A stretch of DNA of 34,191 nt from a virus: positions 1-34,191 of the IMG/VR virus record IMGVR_UViG_3300016665_000082; one strand, given 5' to 3'. Position 1 is the first letter of the stretch. Each line of letters opens with the position of its first letter. Below are positions 6,500 to 14,408 of the stretch, one piece after another. The position numbers and the translations under genes were made by a program. The notes beneath the pieces were generated by a model that was not told the DNA's origin, ran no database searches, and saw nothing but the letters and a program-made list of their open reading frames with translations.

Positions 6500-7267
6500 A
6501 TGACAATAGATTCATTCTATTTCTCCCACGACTATAACGCCAGGAACGACGACAAAATAAAACAGCTGATCCGCCGTCACGGGATGGAGGGGTACGGTGT
6601 TTATTGGTCCATTGTCGAGGATCTGTATCAAAATGCGAACGCAATGCGATCGGATTGCGATGGCATTGCGTATGATCTCCACGTGCATAGCGACGTTGTG
6701 CGTAGCGTATTATTTGACTTCAATTTGTTCATCCATGATGGCGACATGTTTGGATCATTGTCGATACAAAAGCGCATTGATGAACGCAACGAACGGAGCG
6801 TAAAGGCAAGACAATCAGCGAATAAGAGATGGGGTAAGCCTGACGATGCGAACGCAATGCGATCGCAATGCGAAGGCAATGCTATAAAGGAAAGGAAAGG
6901 AAAGGAAATAATAACAGATAATAAATTATCTGTTAAGCGTTTCACGCCTCCAACACGCGAAGATGTCGATGGTTACGCGAAATCAGAGATGATCGGATCT
7001 GAAACATCCGTCGATAAGTTCCACGATTACTACACCGCGAACGGATGGAAGGTGGGGCGGAACGCGATGAAGGACTGGAAGGCCGCGTTCAGGAATTGGG
7101 TTAAAAACGAAAAACAATACCAACAGAATGGAACACATCAGCAAGCAACTGACAAAGCTCCCGCCAGCCGGAGACGTGCCGACTGGGACGCCCTCGCAGA
7201 GTGGGGAAAGGACATTGACCAGTACCGAGACGAAGTTCTTGGACGCCTTGGGCGGACAACGAATTAA
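6500..7267 (+). CDS. replication initiator / replisome organizer (DUF4373, Lin1244-like N-terminal domain)
   Basis: Internal ATG of track ORF 6410..7267; the upstream part would have to encode the terminator hairpin. FYFSHDYNARNDDKIKQLIRRHGMEGYGVYWSIVEDLY matches my memory of DUF4373. The C-terminal TPPTREDVDGY...YYTANGWKVGRNAMKDWKAAFRNW is typical of phage/plasmid replication proteins. Confidence 0.7.
   Translation: MTIDSFYFSHDYNARNDDKIKQLIRRHGMEGYGVYWSIVEDLYQNANAMRSDCDGIAYDLHVHSDVVRSVLFDFNLFIHDGDMFGSLSIQKRIDERNERSVKARQSANKRWGKPDDANAMRSQCEGNAIKERKGKEIITDNKLSVKRFTPPTREDVDGYAKSEMIGSETSVDKFHDYYTANGWKVGRNAMKDWKAAFRNWVKNEKQYQQNGTHQQATDKAPASRRRADWDALAEWGKDIDQYRDEVLGRLGRTTN
6630..6673 (+). repeat. 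iteron-like cluster 1: four tandem 11-bp units
   Basis: aaaatgcgaac gcaatgcgatc ggattgcgatg gcattgcgtat. Confidence 0.8.
6843..6886 (+). repeat. iteron-like cluster 2: four tandem 11-bp units
   Basis: acgatgcgaac gcaatgcgatc gcaatgcgaag gcaatgctata. It shares 20 identical nt with cluster 1 and is followed by (aaagg)x4 at 6886-6905. Confidence 0.8.
6912..6935. repeat. perfect palindrome, 11-bp arms with a 2-nt spacer
   Basis: taacagataat aa attatctgtta, inside an A/T-rich stretch just 3' of iteron cluster 2. Confidence 0.85.
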
Positions 7268-7901
7268 GGCAGGGACGACAGAACAGATCCTGGCTGAGAT
7301 CCGGTACCTTATGTCGCTGGTCGGTATCCGAAAGGAGAACTATCCGGAAAAGGAGGATATCATTATCATGGTGGATCACATCCAGCAACATCACGGAAGC
7401 CTCACAATCCGGGAACTCCGTCTGGCGATCGACATGGCCGTGACTATGCAGCTGGATTTCAACCCGACGGCGTACCAGAATATCAGCGTGCTGTACCTAA
7501 ACGAAATGATCAGCGCCTACAAACGATGGAGCGCCCAGGCCTACAAACAACTCCGGCCTGGAGGGGACCGGGATAGCGAACGCGCCGCGCCGGATTGGTC
7601 GCCGCATATCTACGAACGTAAAAGCGCCAATACGCTACGCCGCGAGATACAGGAGGGGTACATCAACTTCCGATCCGGTATCCTTCCGTCGGTGCATTAT
7701 GTCCCTTACGAATGGTGGGCGCAGCTCGTCGATGATGGATACATCGAGTACGATAACGATGCGACGGTACGCGAAAACAAACGATGCTCACAACTGACGC
7801 CGGAGGAAAAGCGGCGCCTGCACAACGGGCAACAAATGGTATGGCTGTTATTCGAGATGGCGCGGAAAAAAAATGTTTTAGACATTTATGTTAAAGAGTA
7901 A
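7128..7901 (+). CDS. hypothetical protein; start uncertain
   Basis: ATG 7128 overlaps 6500..7267 by 140 nt. An in-frame TTG at 7215 would reduce the overlap. No Walker motif was seen. Confidence 0.55.
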   Translation: MEHISKQLTKLPPAGDVPTGTPSQSGERTLTSTETKFLDALGGQRIKAGTTEQILAEIRYLMSLVGIRKENYPEKEDIIIMVDHIQQHHGSLTIRELRLAIDMAVTMQLDFNPTAYQNISVLYLNEMISAYKRWSAQAYKQLRPGGDRDSERAAPDWSPHIYERKSANTLRREIQEGYINFRSGILPSVHYVPYEWWAQLVDDGYIEYDNDATVRENKRCSQLTPEEKRRLHNGQQMVWLLFEMARKKNVLDIYVKE

Positions 7902-7909
7902 TATATTTA
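7902..7909 (+). promoter_or_regulatory. -7 promoter box TATATTTA
   Basis: One mismatch to TAnnTTTG, 21 nt before ATG 7931, in an acaacacacaATG context. Confidence 0.4.
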
Positions 7910-7930
7910 CACAATAAAACACAACACACA

Positions 7931-8527
7931 ATGCAAAAGGAGTACACAACAGATGAACGCGTAGCGATCACGCAAAAGATCGGCGAACGGATGAATGAAT
8001 GCAGAACGGCACACTGGCGAATATTATCAGCCGAAGGCGGGCCGAATGTTTACGACTGCGAGCGCCGGAATATGAACTACGTAACCGTCCGAATGGCGGC
8101 GTATATTGCCCGCGTAAATGCACATCTTTCCGGAATCAACATTTACAACCTATCGGAGAAAATCGGGCAGATCAAGGCCGCGACCCGGATGGCGCGCGTA
8201 TGGCATGCCATGACGCCCTATGCAATGATGGATGAAACGCTGGGGAAGAACTTGATGGATGATCTGGCGGAGGTGTTCGAGAATTACCGCGTCGCCGGAT
8301 GCGTCATACATCATGAAGGTATGGATACGACGCATGTACTCGTCACGGCGCACACATTCATCCCTGGCACATGCGAGGTAATGGACAGCGAACATGACGT
8401 TACCTTCACCGGGTACACGATCAAAAATAGGCCAGACATGTCGGATATATTTATGTCGGCGCTACACCATATCGCATGGACGGTAGATAGCGTAAATATT
8501 TTTGCATCCGAAAATTACGCGCAATGA
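7931..8527 (+). CDS. hypothetical protein (198 aa)
   Basis: ATG ORF, with ATGA overlap to the next gene at 8524. Confidence 0.65.
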   Translation: MQKEYTTDERVAITQKIGERMNECRTAHWRILSAEGGPNVYDCERRNMNYVTVRMAAYIARVNAHLSGINIYNLSEKIGQIKAATRMARVWHAMTPYAMMDETLGKNLMDDLAEVFENYRVAGCVIHHEGMDTTHVLVTAHTFIPGTCEVMDSEHDVTFTGYTIKNRPDMSDIFMSALHHIAWTVDSVNIFASENYAQ

Positions 8528-9555
8528 ACAACACATTTAAGGACATTGACTGGCGCGCGTTCAATGGGAAGCGCGTATTGATCTATGGCGGATTGGGATT
8601 TATTGGCCGCCATCTCACGCGGGAATCCGTCCGTCTTGGTGCAAAGGTTACGGTGGTGGATGATCTATCCAACAGCACGATAACGTTCGGCGGCGATGAT
8701 GATTTCCTCCGGGATATTGAACTCGTCCGGCGTTCGGTTAATTACCAGCCAGTCCACGAACACGCGCGAAATGCGGACATCATCATCTGGGCATGCTCGA
8801 CGCAGATCTCCCAGGTCCCGCACGATCCATCCTCGGACCTAATGACGAACGCAGGGTCATTTGCGTACATGCTGAACTTGGTCGCTTCGATGAAAGATCG
8901 GAAACAGCGCCGGATCATTTATTGCGGGTCCGTTTCGGTGTACGGGCAGCCTTCAACCGGATGGATATATGACGACAACTCATTCCGCCCTGGCACTCAT
9001 TACGGCATTTCAAAACTGGCCGGGGAATATTACGCCAGATTGTATTCCAATGCTCCGTATCATCTCCAGATCACGGTGATCAGATATTCAAACGTTTACG
9101 GCCCGGGCCAGACGCCAACGGGCGGGAGGATATGCGGCGTGATTGGGAAATATATCCATGAATATCTTAATCACGGAGAGCTGGAAATCTACGGCGAAGG
9201 GTCAGATGTACGGGATTACACCTACATCGACGACGTGGTCACGTTTACGCTGGGATGCTCAATCCTACTTTGCGCGATCGGTCGATCCTTTAATTTTGGA
9301 ACGGGCGTCGGTACGGATGTCCACGATCTGATCCGGATCATCACAGATGAGGAAAAGCGGGATCCGTTGTTGTCATACGAAACGCCGCGTCAGATCGACA
9401 CGGTATCGCGCCGGGTCGTGGATCCGACGGCGGTGTATGTATTGACGAGTTGGGAAAAGTTCATCCCGCTGGATCACGGTATCCGATGGACGATGGGATG
9501 GTATGTCGATTTCCTTAAAACGATCGAGGATGAACACGACTACGATAACGAATAG
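8524..9555 (+). CDS. NAD-dependent nucleotide-sugar epimerase/dehydratase (extended SDR)
   Basis: 343 aa. Rossmann motif YGGLGFIGRHL (GxxGxxG), catalytic CGSVSVYG ... YGISKLAGE (S...YxxxK). Confidence 0.85.
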   Translation: MNNTFKDIDWRAFNGKRVLIYGGLGFIGRHLTRESVRLGAKVTVVDDLSNSTITFGGDDDFLRDIELVRRSVNYQPVHEHARNADIIIWACSTQISQVPHDPSSDLMTNAGSFAYMLNLVASMKDRKQRRIIYCGSVSVYGQPSTGWIYDDNSFRPGTHYGISKLAGEYYARLYSNAPYHLQITVIRYSNVYGPGQTPTGGRICGVIGKYIHEYLNHGELEIYGEGSDVRDYTYIDDVVTFTLGCSILLCAIGRSFNFGTGVGTDVHDLIRIITDEEKRDPLLSYETPRQIDTVSRRVVDPTAVYVLTSWEKFIPLDHGIRWTMGWYVDFLKTIEDEHDYDNE

Positions 9556-9574
9556 ACTGGCTGTGGTTGGATGT

Positions 9575-9916
9575 ATGTTCGACGGGGCGGTCGGGGTGAC
9601 ATACGACGCCCTGATCCGCTCCACGATCGACGTCGATTTCATCGTCCGGATGGATAGCGTCCTCGGTTGTTACATGGCGAAATATCAATACCACACATCG
9701 CGCAAAGAGATACCACGGATCGAGGATATCCCGCATGGCGACAAGTCGTATTTTTGGAATGAGGCAAAAAAATACACGGATGAACAGGACCGCAGGATCA
9801 AGGCCGCGAAGGTCATCTATCTCATCGACCAGCTTTGCGCCGTCGGCTGGCGAACTGACGAAGTACGCCATCGCGCATCTGACACATCTCGGATTCCTGG
9901 TATGGCGTCAAAATAA
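9575..9916 (+). CDS. hypothetical protein; possibly the N-terminal part of a frameshifted VRR-NUC gene
   Basis: First ATG after the stop of the SDR gene, within track ORF 9503..9916. The last ~22 codons (WRTDEVRHRASDTSRIPGMASK) look non-protein-like. Confidence 0.45.
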   Translation: MFDGAVGVTYDALIRSTIDVDFIVRMDSVLGCYMAKYQYHTSRKEIPRIEDIPHGDKSYFWNEAKKYTDEQDRRIKAAKVIYLIDQLCAVGWRTDEVRHRASDTSRIPGMASK

Positions 9917-10169
9917 CCACGCCACCCGTGGCCGGAAGTTTATCGGGATGCGCGGCATGCCTGATATTATCGGGTACGGGATGGATGGCCGGGCGGTGTA
10001 CTGCGAGGTGAAATCGGAAGGGGATCGACTATCGGATGATCAGATCGCGTTCATGGATCGGGCGACGGTTAATGGATGCCAGACATGGATCTGCAAGGTC
10101 GGAGAGCATGGCGGCGCCTACTTAACTACATGGGAGTTTCATCGGAAACAAAATAGCACAAAGGATTGA
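9735..10169 (+). CDS. VRR-NUC (PD-(D/E)xK) nuclease domain protein; 5' boundary uncertain
   Basis: From about 9852: ELTKYAIAHLTHLGFLVWRQNN...GMPDIIGY...VYCEVKSEGDRLSDDQIAFMDRATVNG, the VRR-NUC layout. The only ATGs (9735, 9759, 9780) lie 70-115 nt upstream, in an R/S-rich stretch overlapping 9575..9916. Confidence 0.6.
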   Translation: MATSRIFGMRQKNTRMNRTAGSRPRRSSISSTSFAPSAGELTKYAIAHLTHLGFLVWRQNNHATRGRKFIGMRGMPDIIGYGMDGRAVYCEVKSEGDRLSDDQIAFMDRATVNGCQTWICKVGEHGGAYLTTWEFHRKQNSTKD

Positions 10170-10843
10170 CGCGTTCCGAGATCATCGCCGATATGTATGG
10201 GAATAAGGACGTCGCCGACGCCATCGGGAAGATGGAACCGGAGGCGCTCCGCGATGATCTGCGACAGGAGATATTTCAGGTGTTGTGTGAACTTCCGGAG
10301 GATCGCCTCCTGGAGATGCACCGGGAAGGATGGCTAAAGTGGTTCATCGTCCGGACGATGCTAAACATGATCAAGTCCGATCGATCTACATTTTGGTACA
10401 AATTCCGGCGCCAGTTTGTTGAAGTGTCTGATGAGATGGGACGGGAGCCAGAGGCGGCGGAAGATGACACAAGGGATCAGGGACGCGTCCGGGACGGGGT
10501 GAACGCCCTCCATTGGTACGAAGCGAAACTGATCGAGATCTACGCCGCAAACGGGCAGAACATCGCGAAGATCAGCCGGGAGACGGGAATACCATATCGG
10601 TCACTATTTAAGACGATCAAAAAAGTGAAGGATAAACTTAAAAAGGAAGTACGCGAGGAACGGGCGCCGCCGTCCGTGGCAACGGTCCGACTGTCGCTGG
10701 ATGTGACGATCGAGGTATCCCCATCCGGGGCGGATACGATTCTCGACACAATCGAAACGATGGATGACGCGACGCGGATGATGTTGTCCAGCGCATGCCG
10801 ATTGATACACTACAAAGGGTTCACCATAAAGGAAACGAAATGA
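10166..10843 (+). CDS. sigma-70-family-like transcription factor (region 2 and region 4 HTH)
   Basis: TTG 10166 (or ATG 10193). DLRQEIFQVLCEL...WLKWFIVRTMLNMIKSDRSTFWYKFRR is region-2-like. LHWYEAKLIEIYAANGQNIAKISRETGIPYRSLFKTIKKVKDKLKKE is region-4.2-like. Confidence 0.5.
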   Translation: MTRSEIIADMYGNKDVADAIGKMEPEALRDDLRQEIFQVLCELPEDRLLEMHREGWLKWFIVRTMLNMIKSDRSTFWYKFRRQFVEVSDEMGREPEAAEDDTRDQGRVRDGVNALHWYEAKLIEIYAANGQNIAKISRETGIPYRSLFKTIKKVKDKLKKEVREERAPPSVATVRLSLDVTIEVSPSGADTILDTIETMDDATRMMLSSACRLIHYKGFTIKETK

Positions 10844-10943
10844 CATATTTAGAGGCGCTAATTTATAGCTTGCTTGTTGTGGCATTTTACTCGCTTCAGG
10901 TAGTATGGGAAATAATTGTAAAGGACAATAAAAATGATCATAA

Positions 10944-11198
10944 ATGATCCAGATCATCATCACCGCCGCATCGTTCACCGTCTGGTGGGCCGTCCTATCC
11001 GGGATCCCACAACGCCTCCGCCTTCGGAAGCCTTTTGATTGCGTAATATGCCTGCCCGTATATCTTGCGCCCGTGCTTTATTTCGTACCTCATCCCTATC
11101 TGGACATCATCACCGTGGCATCAGTCGCGCCCGTCGCGGCGTGGCTGCTGGTCGGAATTTTACAATTCATCAAACAGAATCTAAATGGCAACTATTAA
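10944..11198 (+). CDS. small integral membrane protein (about 3 TM)
   Basis: 84 aa with hydrophobic segments IIITAASFTVWWAVL, ICLPVYLAPVLYFV and VASVAPVAAWLLVGIL. Confidence 0.5.
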   Translation: MIQIIITAASFTVWWAVLSGIPQRLRLRKPFDCVICLPVYLAPVLYFVPHPYLDIITVASVAPVAAWLLVGILQFIKQNLNGNY

Positions 11199-11580
11199 CG
11201 AAACGGATCTCGCGTACCTCCGAAATCACAAAGTATATTTTGAGCAGGCGAAGATGAACTTCCTGCACGGGTTCAATGCGCATATCATGGACACGTTCCA
11301 CCAGATATTCCAGCGCTACCTTCAGCCGGGGTACGTCCTTACGCCGTGGTGTTCATCCTGCGTCCTGGACATGGTGCAGCGCCTCGGAGATTGGTATGAA
11401 ACGATCGAGGATGAACTGGCGACGATCCAGGCCGCCGGGGCGGATAACGTGGCCGCGTTCACCTTCCCGGACGATCTCGATAAGATCGAACCCGTGCAAC
11501 AATCCGACACGATGACGCTGGATGGCGGTATCGTCCTGACGGCAACGAAACGGAAGCCACGAACAAAAAAACAGGGATGA
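11185..11580 (+). CDS. hypothetical protein (131 aa)
   Basis: ATG ORF, with ATGA overlap to the GT-B gene at 11577. Confidence 0.6.
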   Translation: MATINETDLAYLRNHKVYFEQAKMNFLHGFNAHIMDTFHQIFQRYLQPGYVLTPWCSSCVLDMVQRLGDWYETIEDELATIQAAGADNVAAFTFPDDLDKIEPVQQSDTMTLDGGIVLTATKRKPRTKKQG

Positions 11581-12629
11581 GGATACTCGCAGTCACACAA
11601 CCGAACAGCGGCGTAGGATATCACCGGATGATGCTACCGCTCCGCCATCTGCCCGGGGTATCCGTGCTGTTCACGGATTTCATCAATGATGAAGTCCTGG
11701 AGCGCGGATTCGACATCGTCACGTTTAACAGGTTCATTCCGGGCGTCGAACTATCCGACCTGATCGCCTTCCGGAAAAAATACGGGTTCAAGATGGTGCT
11801 GGATCTCGACGATTACTGGATCCTCGACTCGTGGCATATCCTCGCGCAGAACTTTCCGTCCCAGGTCATCGTCGATCACATCCGGGCGGCGGACCTGGTG
11901 ACGGTGACGCATGATCGTCTCCTGAAGGAAGTGCGTCCGCTCAACTCGTGCTGGGAGACGCTTGCCAACGCGCTCCCGTTCGATGAAGGACAATTCCACG
12001 CGGGGCGGGTGGATGTGGACGCGATGAATGACAGCATGGAGCAACCCGTGGCCGATGGCGCGGTCCGGTTCCTGTACGCCGGCGGGATTACACACCGGAA
12101 GGATATCGAACTAATGGCGCACCCTATGCGGGCCCTGGCCGATGATGACAAGTACCGCGAGCGGATCCATCTGATCATGGCCGGGTACGATGACAGCAAC
12201 CCGCAAACGATCCCGACATGGAACGGAATGGTAAGGGATTACACGGCCGCGCACCGTATGAACTTTCATCTTCGCGCTCCGCTACCGCCGGATGCCTACA
12301 TGGCCTTTTACGCGGAAGCGGATGTGGCATTCGCGCCGCTGGTGGAGAGCAAGTTCAACACGATGAAATCGAACATCAAAGCGCTGGAGGCCGGATGCAA
12401 GTACATCCCGCTGATCGCGTCGGATGTACATCCGTACCAGCCTATTCCGCCAGTGTTGAAAGTCGAAGCGCGCCGGGACTGGGGGAAGTTTATCCGGCGG
12501 ATGGTAGATAGCAAATGGCAACGGGAGGATGCCGGGAAGGCGCTCGGGGAGTACGTGCGCCGGGAGTATCATCTGACGAATTGGAACAAGAAACGGAAAC
12601 AACTTTACGAATGGATCATCACGAAATGA
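11577..12629 (+). CDS. glycosyltransferase, GT-B fold (GT1/GT4-like)
   Basis: 350 aa. MRILAVTQ... N-terminus, AADLVTVTHDRL, RFLYAGGITHRKD, and the C-terminal YAEADVAFAPLVESKFNTMKSNIKALEAGCKYIPLIAS, an E-x7-E-like donor-binding region. Confidence 0.65.
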   Translation: MRILAVTQPNSGVGYHRMMLPLRHLPGVSVLFTDFINDEVLERGFDIVTFNRFIPGVELSDLIAFRKKYGFKMVLDLDDYWILDSWHILAQNFPSQVIVDHIRAADLVTVTHDRLLKEVRPLNSCWETLANALPFDEGQFHAGRVDVDAMNDSMEQPVADGAVRFLYAGGITHRKDIELMAHPMRALADDDKYRERIHLIMAGYDDSNPQTIPTWNGMVRDYTAAHRMNFHLRAPLPPDAYMAFYAEADVAFAPLVESKFNTMKSNIKALEAGCKYIPLIASDVHPYQPIPPVLKVEARRDWGKFIRRMVDSKWQREDAGKALGEYVRREYHLTNWNKKRKQLYEWIITK

Positions 12630-13255
12630 AACCGCGCATCTCACGTCCCGCCGTGCTCATCATGGCGTACCGACGGCATGACATAACAGCGCGGACGCTG
12701 GCCGCCAACCTCAACACCGCCGGGATGGATTTCGGTCTATTCGTCGGCGATCATCGCGGGATCTGCAGGAACTCGAATATAATGCTATGGCGCGCGATGG
12801 CAGAAGGGTACGACGCCTTTTGCATCATGGGCAACGACATAACGGAACCGTATGGATGGCTGAAGGCCCGCGTCGATTTCGCCAATGGTCGCGGGGATTG
12901 TGGCGGGGTATCCATCGGCATCGACTGGATGACATCGACGCCGAAGGAGGACACCGTGATAGGGAATATCCTATGGCCGCGCGACGTCGTGGAAAAGGTC
13001 GGGGCCTGGGATGAGCGCCTCGATCCACATGGCCCGGTGGATCTGGATTACTGCAACCGGGCGAATAAGGCCGGATACAAAAATTGGTACCTGCCTAACA
13101 TGATGGCCAACCATCACTGGGGCCATGACGGGAATTTATACGGGTACGATAAGCAGGCCGTAATCAAAGAAAAATGGGACTTGTATTGCCACCAGGTCGG
13201 GAACCCGGAGTACTACATTCCATTCGAGGACATGTCGAAATATTATGAGCAATGA
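12626..13255 (+). CDS. glycosyltransferase, GT-A fold (GT2-like)
   Basis: Internal ATG (ATGA overlap) of track ORF 12515..13255. PAVLIMAYRRHD..., CIMGNDITEP, WPRDVVEKVGAWDERLDPHGPVDLDYCNRANKAGY. Confidence 0.55.
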   Translation: MKPRISRPAVLIMAYRRHDITARTLAANLNTAGMDFGLFVGDHRGICRNSNIMLWRAMAEGYDAFCIMGNDITEPYGWLKARVDFANGRGDCGGVSIGIDWMTSTPKEDTVIGNILWPRDVVEKVGAWDERLDPHGPVDLDYCNRANKAGYKNWYLPNMMANHHWGHDGNLYGYDKQAVIKEKWDLYCHQVGNPEYYIPFEDMSKYYEQ

Positions 13256-14406
13256 ACATCCAAGAGGTCAAAATATCGACGATCAAGTCGAACCCGAACA
13301 ATCCCAGGCTGATTAAGGATGACAAGTTCGCCAAGCTGGTCCAGTCCATCCGCGATTTCCCGGAGATGCTCCGCCTGCGACCGATCGTGGTCAATGATGA
13401 CATGATCGTGCTGGGCGGAAATATGCGACTAAAGGCATGCAAGGAGGCCGGGTTAAAGGTCGTTCCGATCATCAAGGCGTCCGACCTTACCGACGACCAA
13501 CAGCGAGAGTTCATCATCAAGGATAACGTCGGGTTCGGCGAATGGGACTGGGAGATGCTCGCGAATGAATGGGACGACGCGAAGCTGGCGGACTGGGGAC
13601 TCGATCTTCCGGACATGTCGGAAAAGGTACTGGAAGCGGAGGAGGATGATTTCGACGTCCCGGATGGCGGCATTGAAACCGACATCGTGCCGGGCGACCT
13701 GTTCGAGATCGGGCCGCATCGCTTGTTATGCGGCAATAGTACCGACGCGGACGCGGTGACGCGGTTGATGAATGGCGAGAAGGCGGATATGGTATTCACG
13801 GATCCGCCGTATGGCATAAACTACAAATCAAATAAAAGAAAGGATCAATTTGAATTTATTAAAAATGACGATGTCATAAATTGTGATTTTCTGCCAATTA
13901 TACCAGTAAAAAACGATATCGCATTTTATGTATGGACAAGGTGGGACGTTTATAGTAAATGGGTCGAATTGATACAAAAAACGTATCAAGTTTCAAATTG
14001 TATTGTATGGGCAAAACAAGCAGGCGGCCTCGGTGATCTCGAGTCATTTTGGAACCAACATGAATTTGCAATATACGCTGTCAATGGTAAGGTAAAATTG
14101 CGAGGAAAGAGGCAAGGCAATTTATGGGAGACAACGGATCACAGGAGCAAAGATTACGTCCATCCGACGCAGAAACCAATAGAATTAGCGGCAAGAGCAA
14201 TAGAAGCAACATCGGACATTCGTAATATTATTGTTGATGTATTCCTCGGCTCCGGTTCCACAATGGTCGCCGCGCATCAGCTCGGGCGCAAATGTTACGG
14301 GATGGAGCTGGATCCGAAATATTGCCAGGTTATTGTTGATCGCATGCGGAAACTGGATCCAGGTATTGAGATTAAACGAAACGGGCAACCGTATAAAATA
14401 GACTGA
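13252..14406 (+). CDS. ParB-like nuclease domain fused to a beta-class N6A/N4C DNA methyltransferase
   Basis: N-terminal ParB box IKSNPNNPRLI...LRPIVVN...VLGGNMRLKA. Motif IV is TDPPYG and motif I is HPTQKP...DVFLGSGSTMVAA. The order IV then I defines the beta class. Confidence 0.9.
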   Translation: MNIQEVKISTIKSNPNNPRLIKDDKFAKLVQSIRDFPEMLRLRPIVVNDDMIVLGGNMRLKACKEAGLKVVPIIKASDLTDDQQREFIIKDNVGFGEWDWEMLANEWDDAKLADWGLDLPDMSEKVLEAEEDDFDVPDGGIETDIVPGDLFEIGPHRLLCGNSTDADAVTRLMNGEKADMVFTDPPYGINYKSNKRKDQFEFIKNDDVINCDFLPIIPVKNDIAFYVWTRWDVYSKWVELIQKTYQVSNCIVWAKQAGGLGDLESFWNQHEFAIYAVNGKVKLRGKRQGNLWETTDHRSKDYVHPTQKPIELAARAIEATSDIRNIIVDVFLGSGSTMVAAHQLGRKCYGMELDPKYCQVIVDRMRKLDPGIEIKRNGQPYKID

Positions 14407-14408
14407 TA

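Noticed and set aside
6630-6886. The 11-bp tandem units as a CRISPR array or minisatellite.
   Set aside because: The units are contiguous with no spacers, only four per cluster, and lie inside a coding sequence. The layout is inconsistent with CRISPR architecture.
13164-13817. Long minus-strand ORFs, for example 13164..13817 (217 aa), 14827..15390 (187 aa), 30259..30858 (199 aa), 25942..26502 (186 aa) and 19531..20022 (163 aa).
   Set aside because: Each lies entirely antisense to a + strand gene with clear motifs (methyltransferases, portal, protease). Their translations are Ser/Arg/Pro-rich and low in complexity, and they lack start contexts or promoters. I treat them as shadow ORFs of a GC-rich coding strand.
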